A stretch of 64,000 nt of DNA from a candidate division WOR-3 bacterium (GCA_039802605.1 JBDRWW010000005.1:1-64000); one strand, 5' to 3'. Counted from the stretch's first letter, positions 48,940-59,471 are shown. A program made the numbers and translations. The notes: generated from the letters alone by a model not told the origin.

Positions 48940-51900
48940 CTTATTACCACAAACCTTGTAAAGTTTTTCACCTTTTCTTCCCGCGTTTTAGCCTCTACAA
49001 GGGCAACATATATCCCGTTTGAGAGGGAGTTTATCGGAACATTTAAGGAGTTAAAGCCCGGTGGGAGGTTCATAAAATACCGTTCAATGGCCACTTTACC
49101 CGTAGGCGTGTATATCCTTAACCTTACATCGGCGGATTTTGTCAGTTTAAAGGTTATGTAAAAATTACCACCCCTATAAGGGTTTGGGTATGTCAAAAGG
49201 TCAAAAACCCTTAAAGAATCCGAAACGAAGTTTAAATCCCAAATGTTATACCCCCTTATACCTTTTGCGGATGTTATTGATACGCCTATCCTATGGGTTC
49301 CCGGGGATGTGGAAAAATCAAAATCGTAGCTCGCTTCCGCCAAGGTATCGTTTAAAATTTTCACTTCCAAAACATCGGTAAAGGAATTGTCTATTATAAT
49401 TCTTGGGGGTGAAGCGTTGTCCCCACTTGTCCTTATATCAAACCCCTCGTGGCTAATAAATTGAAACCTAAGGGTTGTTTTTGCGGGTAAATTCATCCCG
49501 TTTCTTAAACCCTCATCCTTATAAAAGCCCAAAACCTTAGGCCTTTCCGTTCCGATTGTGGAATCGGCATAAGATATAGGGTATAACCCCGCATAACCCC
49601 TATCCCCCTTCCACCACAAAAGGCTTGCCTTTTGCCAAGCGGATGTATCGGAGGATATATGCCCGCGAAATGGTATCCAAAACCCAATCGTATCCCCTTT
49701 TACATCCCCGTAAAACATAACTGTCCTTTCCGAGTAGTAAGGGTACTTTACGCTTAAACAGGTAAATGAAACCGTATCAATATCCGGTATATCAAGGACC
49801 AAGAATTTACCATCTTCCGGTATTATTGCCGAATTTTTCGCCCCCCTACGCAGAGTATCGGATATTAAAGGCCCAACACTGTCGGGGAATTTAAGCATTA
49901 TCCCGGGATCCCCTAGGAGAACATAATACCTATCGTTTTTACCAACAAGGGAAAGGTATCCCAACGGCGTTTTACCATAAGTGTTCAGATAAGAGTATAT
50001 AGCCCGTGCGTACAAAGCGTTGTTTCCCGCATATGCCAAGGCCGTGGTTGATAAAACCGCTATTCCCCTGTTTTTATGCAACATCATCTCCTCACCCAAT
50101 ACATGCTCGGGGTCCAACCTATCATAAGCCCCCACCTTACAAGACAAAACCGTAATAAACGGTTCTCTACCCCTTGTGTTTAGTTTTGGAACATCGTCTA
50201 AGGTAAATAATCTCTCGTGGGCCATTTGGCTGGGATTTCCGTGTATAAAGAAGCTAACCATCAGGACACCGGAGTTTAAAATCCTTATTAAATCCCTAGT
50301 GGCCTTAGGTTTTGTGTATCCTTCAAGGGGATAATTTTGTAAAAGAAAGGGGATCGTGTTTATCCTTGGGGATAGTTGTGGTCTAACGGTATATAAAACA
50401 TCGTATGTATGGAATATTTCGCAAGATGAAGGGCTATCGCTCTTCTCGTCATCGGCAACCAGCATAATCCTATAACGCCAAAAACCATCGTTTATAAGGC
50501 TTTCGTATTCAATAACCTTGTTTATATATTCCGCAAGTTCCGTGTTATCCCTTACGGGTATTCTCCCAATACCTATATCGGAATAGTAATCGCCATCGAA
50601 ATCACCGTAAAAATCGTCATAAGCACCAAAGTTATCGAGATTAACGGATAAACTGGAATCAATGGGATAATATGGGGGAACTTGCTTTGGGAAGTAATTC
50701 TGGGTAAATCCCTTATAATCGTATGTTCCATCCCCAACGAGAACGGCATATAAAGGTTTGTTTCCACCACTCCTTAAAAAAATGTTATACAAAAAGTTCC
50801 TTATAGCCACGGGATCGGGATTTCCCAAAGAGAACTGGGTATATATGTCTTCAAGGTTTATCCACAAAACGGTACCTACGGAATACTCCCAATTTCTACC
50901 GTTAAAAACCGGTATCCTGTTCCTTCTAAAATTTAGGAGTTTCCAAAATGTCCCGGAAAACCCTTTATTCCCTATTGCCACATAATCGGGGGAGATGTTG
51001 TACAAATCTTGCGACAAATCTATCAACTCAATGGATATAGGTCTCCTCGCAAAGTTTGATAGGTATATCTTAGTCCAACCGTTTGCCGAGTCGTTTATGA
51101 AAAGGTTCCCCGAGGAATAAGTATAACTTTCAATTATTTTGGGATTATACGGGTCTGATACATCCCATACAAACACGGGCCTATTACCCTTTAAATTTAC
51201 CGTAAATTTCCCCGAAGCGTTTATAAAGAAAATGCCCTCATTTCCATAAGAGCCGGTTGATATGTATGAAACCTGATAGTAGTCCAGGTATAGGGTTTGG
51301 GAGCCACCAGAGGGTTTTATAACATAATCAACATTGTTGTTTTCGGACAAATTGGGGATGCAGGTTATGGTACGGTAGTTCCTTGGTAAAACCCCAATGG
51401 AATCGCAAATTTGACCGTTTATTCTTACAACAACGGATGTTATACTATCCGAGAATTCACTATTTGCTATCCTTGTTCTAAATTCAACTCCGGATAAAAC
51501 ATCGTTCAATGCAAAGCCGTATGTATAAACCCTCTCGGGGTCGGATGGGTTTCTCGTCATCTCCCTTCCAACCCAGACCCTCCCCTTTTTTCCGGGGTTG
51601 TTTATGTTCTCCTCAAACCTGTAAAACTTAACGGGTTGGGCATAAGGACCCGGAGATGCGGTTATTATCCCCATTCTTCCACCTACTTCCCCACCAATAC
51701 CCAAAAAATAATAGGTGGTATCGGTATAAGGATTTTCAAAATAGACAACATTCCCGTTTATTATCCTGAAACCCTTTTGAGATTCACCCCAGAAAAGGAC
51801 CCTTCTCCCGGCTTCATCAATCCAAATGGGAACTTCATATTTTTGGGGAAATGCGGAATCCAAGGGCGATTTAAGGGTATCAAGGAGGGCTATCATTTTA

Positions 51901-52349
51901 AGGGTTTGCAACGGATAAGAATTTATGTTTATGCCAAGTTTTTCTATCTCCGAAAATGGGATTTCGTATATTCCGCTTTTTGTTATTTTAACCTTTATCC
52001 AAACTTCGGATTTTGAAAAGGGGTTTTGGGGAGCGCTTTGGGGTCTAAATACCAGGTATTCCACCCATTCCTCTTTGGGATTTAAAACCGAGTTTAAAAT
52101 TATATGAGTCCTAAAATCCTTAATCTTTGAGGGTTTAACCTTTGGCTCGGGGAATACCACTTCAACCTTCCCATCCTTATAGGCCTTTATTTCAACATAC
52201 CTAACCCCAAAGGAATAACCTTCTCTATGTTCGCACTTATTACAAATAACGGTGTAGGAAACCTTTGGCGGAATTTGAACTTTAAAGGTTTCATATGGCT
52301 TACCTTTAAGGGAAACTTCAAATGAGAAGTTTGAAATAATCCATACCAT
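48936..52349 (-). CDS. Peptidase C25 (PorU-like) with T9SS-like CTD
   Basis: KVKITKSGIY, NPYTDTTYYFL, DPVAIRNFL, GDGTYDYK, IGRIP, HG and SC dyad, TYPNP...LSNGIY. Confidence 0.85.
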   Translation of the reverse strand: MVWIISNFSFEVSLKGKPYETFKVQIPPKVSYTVICNKCEHREGYSFGVRYVEIKAYKDGKVEVVFPEPKVKPSKIKDFRTHIILNSVLNPKEEWVEYLVFRPQSAPQNPFSKSEVWIKVKITKSGIYEIPFSEIEKLGININSYPLQTLKMIALLDTLKSPLDSAFPQKYEVPIWIDEAGRRVLFWGESQKGFRIINGNVVYFENPYTDTTYYFLGIGGEVGGRMGIITASPGPYAQPVKFYRFEENINNPGKKGRVWVGREMTRNPSDPERVYTYGFALNDVLSGVEFRTRIANSEFSDSITSVVVRINGQICDSIGVLPRNYRTITCIPNLSENNNVDYVIKPSGGSQTLYLDYYQVSYISTGSYGNEGIFFINASGKFTVNLKGNRPVFVWDVSDPYNPKIIESYTYSSGNLFINDSANGWTKIYLSNFARRPISIELIDLSQDLYNISPDYVAIGNKGFSGTFWKLLNFRRNRIPVFNGRNWEYSVGTVLWINLEDIYTQFSLGNPDPVAIRNFLYNIFLRSGGNKPLYAVLVGDGTYDYKGFTQNYFPKQVPPYYPIDSSLSVNLDNFGAYDDFYGDFDGDYYSDIGIGRIPVRDNTELAEYINKVIEYESLINDGFWRYRIMLVADDEKSDSPSSCEIFHTYDVLYTVRPQLSPRINTIPFLLQNYPLEGYTKPKATRDLIRILNSGVLMVSFFIHGNPSQMAHERLFTLDDVPKLNTRGREPFITVLSCKVGAYDRLDPEHVLGEEMMLHKNRGIAVLSTTALAYAGNNALYARAIYSYLNTYGKTPLGYLSLVGKNDRYYVLLGDPGIMLKFPDSVGPLISDTLRRGAKNSAIIPEDGKFLVLDIPDIDTVSFTCLSVKYPYYSERTVMFYGDVKGDTIGFWIPFRGHISSDTSAWQKASLLWWKGDRGYAGLYPISYADSTIGTERPKVLGFYKDEGLRNGMNLPAKTTLRFQFISHEGFDIRTSGDNASPPRIIIDNSFTDVLEVKILNDTLAEASYDFDFSTSPGTHRIGVSITSAKGIRGYNIWDLNFVSDSLRVFDLLTYPNPYRGGNFYITFKLTKSADVRLRIYTPTGKVAIERYFMNLPPGFNSLNVPINSLSNGIYVALVEAKTREEKVKNFTRFVVIR

Positions 52350-53075
52350 TTATCCCCAAATTCCGGTAATCGTGGGAAGCCAGTTGTTTAACAAAAAGTA
52401 TATCCTCCCCAATAGTAGGGATATCCTTCCCATAACCGTATAACCGAACGAGGCCCCAAATGCTATCATTATAAAAACTATACCCAACCTTACGATCGGC
52501 TTCATAATACCCTTATGCTCCGTTGAGAAAAAGAAGTAAAGGATTGATGTTATAACACCTACGAAGAATACCCAGTTTGAAAAAACCGTCCAAAAGCTTT
52601 CCCCCCAAAGGGGTAAAAATGTCGCCCTTATTTGGGGAATTATAAAACCTTGAAATGTAGCCGTTAAACCTATACCCGTATATATACCAATAGTGTAAGC
52701 CAATGGGTATAAAGCAAGCCATCTAAGGTTTGGGGCTATGTATCCGAAAATTTCAAGTTTTGTAAGTATTAAAAGTCCGAGTATTACCCCCACTATCACC
52801 GCAAATTGCCCCCAAGACAAAAAGGCGACTTTCTGACCAAAGAGGTATATTTCTCCGAACTTATAAATCATATACTTTGTATCCAACAAACCGTTCTGTA
52901 TTTGTGGCCATATAGCCTGCTGCAAGGTATTAATTATTCCATATCCGGCCGAAACTCCGACAAATATGTGTTCCGCAAGCCTATAAAAGGGGTTTTCCTT
53001 GAAAATCAAAGAGAGTATTGCAAATGTCAGTAAAGCCGCTACCCATATACCCACTATATCCCAGAAACCGTTCAT
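52350..53075 (-). CDS. Conserved-looking membrane protein, unknown function
   Basis: 6-7 TM; KENPFYRLAEHIFVG, FGASFGYTVMGR. Confidence 0.65.
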   Translation of the reverse strand: MNGFWDIVGIWVAALLTFAILSLIFKENPFYRLAEHIFVGVSAGYGIINTLQQAIWPQIQNGLLDTKYMIYKFGEIYLFGQKVAFLSWGQFAVIVGVILGLLILTKLEIFGYIAPNLRWLALYPLAYTIGIYTGIGLTATFQGFIIPQIRATFLPLWGESFWTVFSNWVFFVGVITSILYFFFSTEHKGIMKPIVRLGIVFIMIAFGASFGYTVMGRISLLLGRIYFLLNNWLPTITGIWG

Positions 53076-53311
53076 CTTTTACCTTTTTTGAGGTTTTCCA
53101 CCTCTTTGTAAAGGATTTCGTAGTTCTTTTCCAAAGCCTTTACCTTACCCACGGCGGATGAAACTTCCCCGTTTGCCTCGCTTAACTCGTTTCTCAACCT
53201 ATTAACCTCTATTTCCAACTTTGTTATCCTCTCCTCAAACTTTTTAACATCCCTTCCCGAAGAACAACCCGCAATAACAAAAAGAGACAATAAAAAAATC
53301 AACCTTTTCAT
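53072..53311 (-). CDS. Small coiled-coil lipoprotein
   Basis: Lipobox IAGC followed by heptad repeats. Confidence 0.7.
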   Translation of the reverse strand: MKRLIFLLSLFVIAGCSSGRDVKKFEERITKLEIEVNRLRNELSEANGEVSSAVGKVKALEKNYEILYKEVENLKKGKR

Positions 53312-53683
53312 TCAAAACCAATCCAAACCCTTATACCTATAGGCGTACATCCATCCACCCATTAATATGCTTACAAAAACTACAACAGCCCAAAAGGACA
53401 GGATTGGAGCAACCGAGGTGTATGATACTATCCATGGGAGGAAAAATGCTATTTCCACATCGAAGAGTAAGAACATGAGGGCTATCGGGAAGTACCTTAT
53501 GAAATACCTTTTACGGGCTTCGTCCATCGGTTTTTCACCGGATTCATACGGTTCATACTTTTGGGGTTCGGGTATGGCCCTCGGACGGAGGATTTTGTAT
53601 ATAACAAGCATTCCAGCTATGGCCAAAAATCCGAGTAAGAAGAAGATCCCCAAGGAGGTTAAATTTATCCAGAAGTTTTCCAA
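53312..53683 (-). CDS. nuoA: NADH-quinone oxidoreductase subunit A (copy 1)
   Basis: K.EPYESGE, FLLFDVEIAFFLPW, KGLDW. Confidence 0.92.
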   Translation of the reverse strand: MENFWINLTSLGIFFLLGFLAIAGMLVIYKILRPRAIPEPQKYEPYESGEKPMDEARKRYFIRYFPIALMFLLFDVEIAFFLPWIVSYTSVAPILSFWAVVVFVSILMGGWMYAYRYKGLDWF

Positions 53684-53685
53684 TG

Positions 53686-53758
53686 CTCCCCGGGCAGGAT
53701 TCGAACCTGCGACCCCCCGGTTAACAGCCGGGTGCTCTACCTGCTGAGCTACCGGGGA
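53686..53758 (-). tRNA. tRNA-Asn(GTT), CCA not encoded
   Basis: TCCCCGG/CCGGGGA acceptor stem, CCCGG-CTGTTAA-CCGGG anticodon arm, GGTTCGAATCC T arm. Confidence 0.95.
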
Positions 53759-53830
53759 GCGTAGTAGGGTATTATAAGGGTGAAAGGGTTTTGGGTTAGG
53801 GTAGTTTTTCCGTAATATAATTCCCGGATT

Positions 53831-54418
53831 ATGAAAAGGTATTTAAAGGCTGGGGAAAAGCTCTTGCTCAACCATCCGTTTTATAAGGATTGGGAAAGCG
53901 GAAGGTTATCCGAAAGGGATCTGGCAATATACTCCGCAGAATACGAGCATTTTATAAAAGGGATCTTACCCCTTGCTTGGAAAGAATTGAGATATAACAA
54001 TATCTACGAGGAGGAATTGGAACATGCGGAACTTTGGAAGGTATTCGGCAATTCGGTAAATTATACTCCTACCAAAACCCCACAAACCGACGGTATGAAA
54101 AGGTTAATTCAAAAGTTCAACTCCATAAAACATAACAAACCCTCCCTAATAGGATTCCTTTACGCCTTCGAACATCAACAGCCGGAGGTATCAAAGAGCA
54201 AACTTCAAGGCTTGGAAAAATGGTTTAACATCCCGGATAAAGGCAAGGAGTACTTTTTATTACACGCCAGAAATACGGAGGAAAAGGGGATTTTGGAGAA
54301 CCTTATAAACTCTATGAACAACGATGAATTCTCCAAATGCGAGGAAACATTTGAGGAAACCATAAACATCTTGTGGGATGTTTTAACCGATATACAAAAC
54401 CTTTGCCTTAAAGGTTGA
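53831..54418 (+). CDS. Heme-oxygenase-like diiron enzyme (CADD/PqqC/TenA-like)
   Basis: HPFY..W..G.L, EEELEHAELW, YAFEHQQPEVS..K..GL, YFLLH. Confidence 0.75.
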   Translation: MKRYLKAGEKLLLNHPFYKDWESGRLSERDLAIYSAEYEHFIKGILPLAWKELRYNNIYEEELEHAELWKVFGNSVNYTPTKTPQTDGMKRLIQKFNSIKHNKPSLIGFLYAFEHQQPEVSKSKLQGLEKWFNIPDKGKEYFLLHARNTEEKGILENLINSMNNDEFSKCEETFEETINILWDVLTDIQNLCLKG

Positions 54419-54834
54419 GGGAACAACTCCTGAAATTTTTAGATGAAAGGTTTGGAATAGGGGAGGATGTTTTTAAGGGTTTTAAGTTTGTACAAAGGGG
54501 GGATGATGTTTGGATAATGTCGCAGGATATACCGGATAACCTAAAAGACATAAATAGGGCGGGTTTGAGGTTTGCGAGGGGGGTTTCAAGGAATATAAAG
54601 ATAACAACGGCCGTCATCCAGCTCTTCGGTAAATACGCCACAAAAAATGTGGTTAATATATCGGAGGAACACCTATGGGATTTTCTCGCGGGAAGGGATA
54701 TAATTGTTGGAAAATTGGAAGGCGTTGAAAGGGGTCAGGTTATAGTGAAATTCGGGGAAGATGTTTTGGGTTTGGGTTTGTACGACGGTGAGAAAATTAA
54801 AAATCAAATACCCAAGGCCAGAAGAATAGTTTAG
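54415..54834 (+). CDS. Stand-alone RsmF/NOP2 C-terminal PUA-like protein
   Basis: AGLRFAR, QLFG.YATKNVV, GQVIVKF..DVLGLG, KNQIPK. Confidence 0.6.
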   Translation: MREQLLKFLDERFGIGEDVFKGFKFVQRGDDVWIMSQDIPDNLKDINRAGLRFARGVSRNIKITTAVIQLFGKYATKNVVNISEEHLWDFLAGRDIIVGKLEGVERGQVIVKFGEDVLGLGLYDGEKIKNQIPKARRIV

Positions 54835-55121
54835 AGTATGTCAAAGGATATGGGTTCTATACTCTTCTTTATCCCGAGGATTTCAAAGTTTTCATCAACC
54901 TTATCTATGATCCTCTCCAATATGGAATCCAAAACGCTCGCGGTATTCCCCACAACGACATAAACAACGGTTGCCAGTTGCCATTTATCGTGATTGTCAA
55001 TTTCGGAGAACGCCGCATTAAAATCCCGGGAAATACTTCGCAATGTATAAAGGTATTTCCTCTTTTCCTTTAACGACCTAACAAAGGGGAGGTGTATTTC
55101 CAAAACCAATATTCCCAACAT
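54831..55121 (-). CDS. DUF503/YlxP family protein
   Basis: LHLP-like ..SLKEKR, FNAAFSE, DKWQ. Confidence 0.8.
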   Translation of the reverse strand: MLGILVLEIHLPFVRSLKEKRKYLYTLRSISRDFNAAFSEIDNHDKWQLATVVYVVVGNTASVLDSILERIIDKVDENFEILGIKKSIEPISFDIL

Positions 55122-55122
55122 C

Positions 55123-56067
55123 TTACGATTTTATAGCCGAAGCCCTTATGTATATACAGTCCCCATCTTTAACCACATAATCCCTACCCTCCAACCTTAT
55201 GAAGTTTTTCTCCCTTGCCCCCTTCCAACCCCCATACTTTATAAGTTCTTCCCAGTTTATAACCTCCGCCTTTATAAATGTGCGGGCTAAATCCTTGTGT
55301 ATCTTACCGGCGGCATCAACCGCGGTTGAGCCCTTTTCCAACAACCAGCCCCTAACCTCCTTTTCCGAAGGTGTAAAGAAAACTATAAGTTGTAGGATTT
55401 CAAGGAGTTTTTGGAAAAGTTTTTCCGTAATATCATCAACATCGTCTTTTAAAACATTGAAAAGGAGATACGGGAGGTTTTGGCTTTTGAGTTCTTCATA
55501 TACCGAATCCTCTATTTTGGAGTTTTCGGTAATGTTTAGAACTACCAAGCGGGGTTTTAACGAAAGGAATCCATAGCCTTTTAAGATCTTTCTTTCTTCA
55601 TCGGAAAAATCACCGGAGTTTAACGGTATCCCTTCGGATATGATTTTATAAGCCTTTTCCAAAACCCCTAAAACCTTTTCATCCCCCTTACCTACGGCAA
55701 CCTCTTTTTTTAATCTCTGTATATTCCCCTCTAAAACTTCGGATTCTATGCTCAGAAATTTCAGCGTTGTATCCGTAAATGTGGTAAAGTTTTCGGTCAA
55801 TCCTCCTACAACCTCAATAAAGGCGTCGGCATTAACGAGTTGTTGAAATAACGACCTCTCCTTTCCGTATGAAAACATCTTGCCAAGGGCATCGGAATCG
55901 TAAAGGTTTATGAAGGGTGGGGTAATCTTTTTTGGTTTGAAGAAATCAACAAGTGTTTTGAGCCTTTTATCGTTAAGCTTTAAAGAACCAACACCTTTGC
56001 CACCCGTTAGCCTATACAAAAGCGTACTTTTCCCCGTAAAGGGGGAACCGATTATATAAACATCCAT
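55123..56067 (-). CDS. YchF-like ATPase (divergent) with TGS/DUF933 domain
   Basis: G....GKST, LS.KP, FFT..KEVRGW, AAGKIHKD, FIKAEV, EGRDYVVKDGD. Confidence 0.8.
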   Translation of the reverse strand: MDVYIIGSPFTGKSTLLYRLTGGKGVGSLKLNDKRLKTLVDFFKPKKITPPFINLYDSDALGKMFSYGKERSLFQQLVNADAFIEVVGGLTENFTTFTDTTLKFLSIESEVLEGNIQRLKKEVAVGKGDEKVLGVLEKAYKIISEGIPLNSGDFSDEERKILKGYGFLSLKPRLVVLNITENSKIEDSVYEELKSQNLPYLLFNVLKDDVDDITEKLFQKLLEILQLIVFFTPSEKEVRGWLLEKGSTAVDAAGKIHKDLARTFIKAEVINWEELIKYGGWKGAREKNFIRLEGRDYVVKDGDCIYIRASAIKS

Positions 56068-56498
56068 TAAAGGAGTTCGGCGTTAAGGACTATTTCCGGA
56101 ACACCTCCCAAGGCAACGGATACAGGGCAACCCTTTTTTGCCTGCTCGGCAAATTTTAAAAATGTTTCCCAATCTATACCCTCAACCCTTGCCTTTGTAT
56201 TTAAAACGATTTTTGTAATCCTAGGACCCTCTTCCTTCATCTCCAAATAAACCTCGGCTTCCGTTGAAACCTCATTAACCTTATAACCGTTCTTTTCCAA
56301 GGTCGCGGATAGGGCCATACTAAAACAACCCGCATGAGCCGCCGCTATTAACTCCTCGGGGTTCGTACCCTCACCGCTTTCAAACCTTGAAGCAAAGGTA
56401 AAGGGACCCTCAAACCAACCCCTACCCACAACCATTTTACCCTTTCCATCCCTTAAACCGCCAGACCATACGGCCGATGATTTTCTGATTATCGCCAT
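56067..56498 (-). CDS. osmC: OsmC peroxiredoxin
   Basis: SRFE, GTNPEELIAAAHAGCFSMAL, CPVS. Confidence 0.93.
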   Translation of the reverse strand: MAIIRKSSAVWSGGLRDGKGKMVVGRGWFEGPFTFASRFESGEGTNPEELIAAAHAGCFSMALSATLEKNGYKVNEVSTEAEVYLEMKEEGPRITKIVLNTKARVEGIDWETFLKFAEQAKKGCPVSVALGGVPEIVLNAELL

Positions 56499-56518
56499 AG
56501 GTGGGTATTGTAAGGGCG

Positions 56519-57280
56519 TTATATATTTGATAGGTTTTCCGCAAAATATGTGGGGACTATTTTCAACCTTTCCACATCTTCAAGGGTATGTACGCCCGTT
56601 AAAACAAAAACCGTGGGTATGTTTAGCCTATTCCCGCCGATAATATCCGTATCCAGCCTATCCCCTATTACTATTGCGGTTTCTATACTCCCCGAGAATT
56701 CGTAAATATAACGGTTTGGTTTTCCCATAACGGCATCCGGCTCCCTACCAGAAGCGTATGATATAGCCGAAACCAAGGAACCCGCGCCGGGCAAGATCCC
56801 ATCCGATTTTTTTATATGTGCATCCGTATTTGTGGCTATAAATGTTAGTCCCCTATGAACAAAGTTTGCCGCTTTTTTTAGTTTCTCATAGTTAAAATTC
56901 CTATCCAAACCCACCACAACGGCTTCGGGATTGACATCATCGGTTGTAATACCTTTGCTTTTTAATGGGTCAATCAGTCCGTCCTCACCTATTGCAAAAA
57001 CCCTTTTTATACCCCTTTTAAAAAGGTATTCCGCCGCAACGACGGAAGGGGTTATAACCTTGTCGGGATACAAACCCAAAGCCCTCAACCTTTCGGCATA
57101 GTACTCCGGCGTTCTTGTGGAGTTGTTGGTTAAGAACACCAATTTTTTACCCATTTCCTTTAACCTCTTTAAACCCTCAACATTTTCCCAAATAACTTCC
57201 TCCTCCATCCACACAACACCATCCAAATCGCACAAAACGGTTTCAAACTTTCTAAAATCATCAATTGTTATCCTTTTCAC
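56519..57280 (-). CDS. HAD-IIA hydrolase (NagD-like)
   Basis: DLDGV, TNNS, ATNTD, GKP, GDRLDTDI. Confidence 0.9.
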   Translation of the reverse strand: MKRITIDDFRKFETVLCDLDGVVWMEEEVIWENVEGLKRLKEMGKKLVFLTNNSTRTPEYYAERLRALGLYPDKVITPSVVAAEYLFKRGIKRVFAIGEDGLIDPLKSKGITTDDVNPEAVVVGLDRNFNYEKLKKAANFVHRGLTFIATNTDAHIKKSDGILPGAGSLVSAISYASGREPDAVMGKPNRYIYEFSGSIETAIVIGDRLDTDIIGGNRLNIPTVFVLTGVHTLEDVERLKIVPTYFAENLSNI

Positions 57281-58026
57281 CTAAAACCGTAAATTTTTAC
57301 AATTGTGGGCGAAAAGGACGAGAGGATTTTTGAGGCCAAGAAGTCCCCAAAGGATATAAAAACCTCTTCCTTTTCGCGGATTATTGACTTTACTATTTTA
57401 TCCGCAACCTTATCGGGTGAAACGGCTCTACCAACGGGTTTGGACCTTTCTCCGATGGTTTTTTCAAAAAATGGGGTTTTAACCGCCGGTGGATAAACGT
57501 TTATGATTTTTATCCCCTTATCCTTTAACTCCTCCCTTAGAGACATAAATATAAACCTCTCGGCGGATTTTGAGGTGGCATAAATGTTCCATTTAGGCAA
57601 GGGCAAAAATGCTATAAGGCTTATAACATTGACGATTATGGCCTTTTCGCCGTTTTTAAATTTTGCGAATTCTATTGATAAATCCAAAGGCGCCCAGAAG
57701 TTAACCTCCATTATGGTTTGCAAATCCTTCCAGTTGGAATGTAAAAGACTTCCAAAATAACCCACACCGGCGTTGTTTATCAAGATATCAACACCATCAA
57801 GGATTTCATAGGCGGATGGTATTAAACCCTTTCTCGCGGATGCATCCCTTAAATCCAACCTAAAAGTTTTTATTTCGGGAAATTCCTCTTTTAGTTTTTT
57901 TAATGCCTCTTCGTTTTTGCCCACGGCCAAAATCTTCGCATTTCTCTCGTAGAGTTTCCTAACCAAGGAATAACCTATTCCGGAAGTTGCCCCCGTTATG
58001 ATAACGCCTTTCCCCTCAATTTTCAT
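57277..58026 (-). CDS. Short-chain dehydrogenase/reductase
   Basis: [17 protein letters not shown]. Confidence 0.9.
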   Translation of the reverse strand: MKIEGKGVIITGATSGIGYSLVRKLYERNAKILAVGKNEEALKKLKEEFPEIKTFRLDLRDASARKGLIPSAYEILDGVDILINNAGVGYFGSLLHSNWKDLQTIMEVNFWAPLDLSIEFAKFKNGEKAIIVNVISLIAFLPLPKWNIYATSKSAERFIFMSLREELKDKGIKIINVYPPAVKTPFFEKTIGERSKPVGRAVSPDKVADKIVKSIIREKEEVFISFGDFLASKILSSFSPTIVKIYGFR

Positions 58027-59116
58027 TTCTTTTCTTTGACAATTCTAGGAGCTTTTTGTAAAGCTCCCTTTCTTCCTTACTTATACCGCGTGGTACTTTT
58101 ATGGTTGCCTTTAACAACAGATCGCCGCTTCCCCCACCCGGATCGGGAATCCCTTTACCCCTAATCCTTGCGAATATTTCACCGTTTTGCAAACCTTCCG
58201 GGATTTTAACCCTTATTTTTTCACCGGTTAAATGTACAAACTCCGTTTCACCACCCAAAACGGCCAATGGTGGCTCAACTTCAAGGTTGTATATTAGGTC
58301 TCTATTGTTTCTCGTGTATTGTGGGTGTGGTTTTTCCTTTATGTGGATAACAAGCCTCCCCCTTCCCCTCCTACCCTCATGCCCCCAATTTTTATAAACC
58401 ACTTTTTGCCCATTAAGAACACCGGGCGGTATATTTACAACCCTTTGTACCTCCTCCCATACAAACCCCCTACCCCCACATCTATAACAGGTTTTACCAC
58501 TAATTCCCCTACCCCCACAGTTTGAGCAAACCGTATCTACATAAAAAGTACCTATGAAAGTCCTGTTGGCCCTCCTAATCCTACCGCTTCCATAACAAAC
58601 GGGACAGGTATGCGGGTCGGTTATACCCTCACCCCTGCAAACCGGACATAAGACCTTTCTGGTATATTTAATCCTTTTCTCCGCTCCCTTAACTATTTCT
58701 TCCAGATCCAATTCCAAATCAATATGCACATCAAGGTCTTCCACCTCTTCATATACCCTTCTACCCCTCCCGAAAAGGGTTTCAAATATATCCTCAAACC
58801 TTCCAAAACCCCTTCCAAATATGTTTTCCAAAATCTCGTCTACGGTCATACCCGAGAAATCAACACCCACATCGGGTGCCCCTGTATCGGGATCCCATCC
58901 CCTATCATACATTTCTCTCTTTTTCGGATCGGATAACACCGCGTAGGCCTCGCTTATCTCCTTGAACTTTTGCTCCGCTTCCGCCTTTTTTTCGGGTGGA
59001 ACCCTGTCGGGATGCCATTGCATTGCCAATTTGGCAAAAGCGGCATCTATTTGTTCTTTCGTTGCATTACGGGGAACGCCCAGAATCTCATAATAATCCT
59101 TTTTATTCGCCCTCAT
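58016..59116 (-). CDS. dnaJ: Chaperone DnaJ
   Basis: J domain with HPD, G/F region, four CxxCxGxG repeats. Confidence 0.93.
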   Translation of the reverse strand: MRANKKDYYEILGVPRNATKEQIDAAFAKLAMQWHPDRVPPEKKAEAEQKFKEISEAYAVLSDPKKREMYDRGWDPDTGAPDVGVDFSGMTVDEILENIFGRGFGRFEDIFETLFGRGRRVYEEVEDLDVHIDLELDLEEIVKGAEKRIKYTRKVLCPVCRGEGITDPHTCPVCYGSGRIRRANRTFIGTFYVDTVCSNCGGRGISGKTCYRCGGRGFVWEEVQRVVNIPPGVLNGQKVVYKNWGHEGRRGRGRLVIHIKEKPHPQYTRNNRDLIYNLEVEPPLAVLGGETEFVHLTGEKIRVKIPEGLQNGEIFARIRGKGIPDPGGGSGDLLLKATIKVPRGISKEERELYKKLLELSKKRNEN

Positions 59117-59117
59117 A

Positions 59118-59471
59118 TCACAACCACTTTATAGCACCCTTACCCCAAGCATATATATAACCAACCAATAAAACCAAGATAAAGAAACCCCCTTCTAGCG
59201 CCGCCAAAAGCTTCAAATCCCCCACTTGCAACGCCCACGGGAATAACAATATAGCCTCAACATCAAAAATTAAAAATATTACCGCAACCAAAAAGTATTT
59301 TACGGCAAGTTTTCCTTTTGGCCACTTACCGGGCTTCACCCCGGATTCGTAGGGCTCCAACTTCTCCTTATTTGGTCTTTTTGGACCCAAAACAAAGGAC
59401 AAAACAACACCCGAATACCCCAACACTATGGCTATTAACAACATTACACCCAACTTCCAGAGTTCCTCCAT
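59118..59471 (-). CDS. nuoA: NADH-quinone oxidoreductase subunit A (copy 2)
   Basis: [27 protein letters not shown]; start moved to ATG 59471 (TAAAAT 10 nt upstream). Confidence 0.92.
   Translation of the reverse strand: MEELWKLGVMLLIAIVLGYSGVVLSFVLGPKRPNKEKLEPYESGVKPGKWPKGKLAVKYFLVAVIFLIFDVEAILLFPWALQVGDLKLLAALEGGFFILVLLVGYIYAWGKGAIKWL

Noticed and set aside
27907..54418. PQQ biosynthesis from the PqqD-like and PqqC-like genes
   Set aside because: They are 26 kb apart, no pqqA/B/E is seen, the PqqD-like protein has a Tat signal, and the other protein looks more CADD-like.
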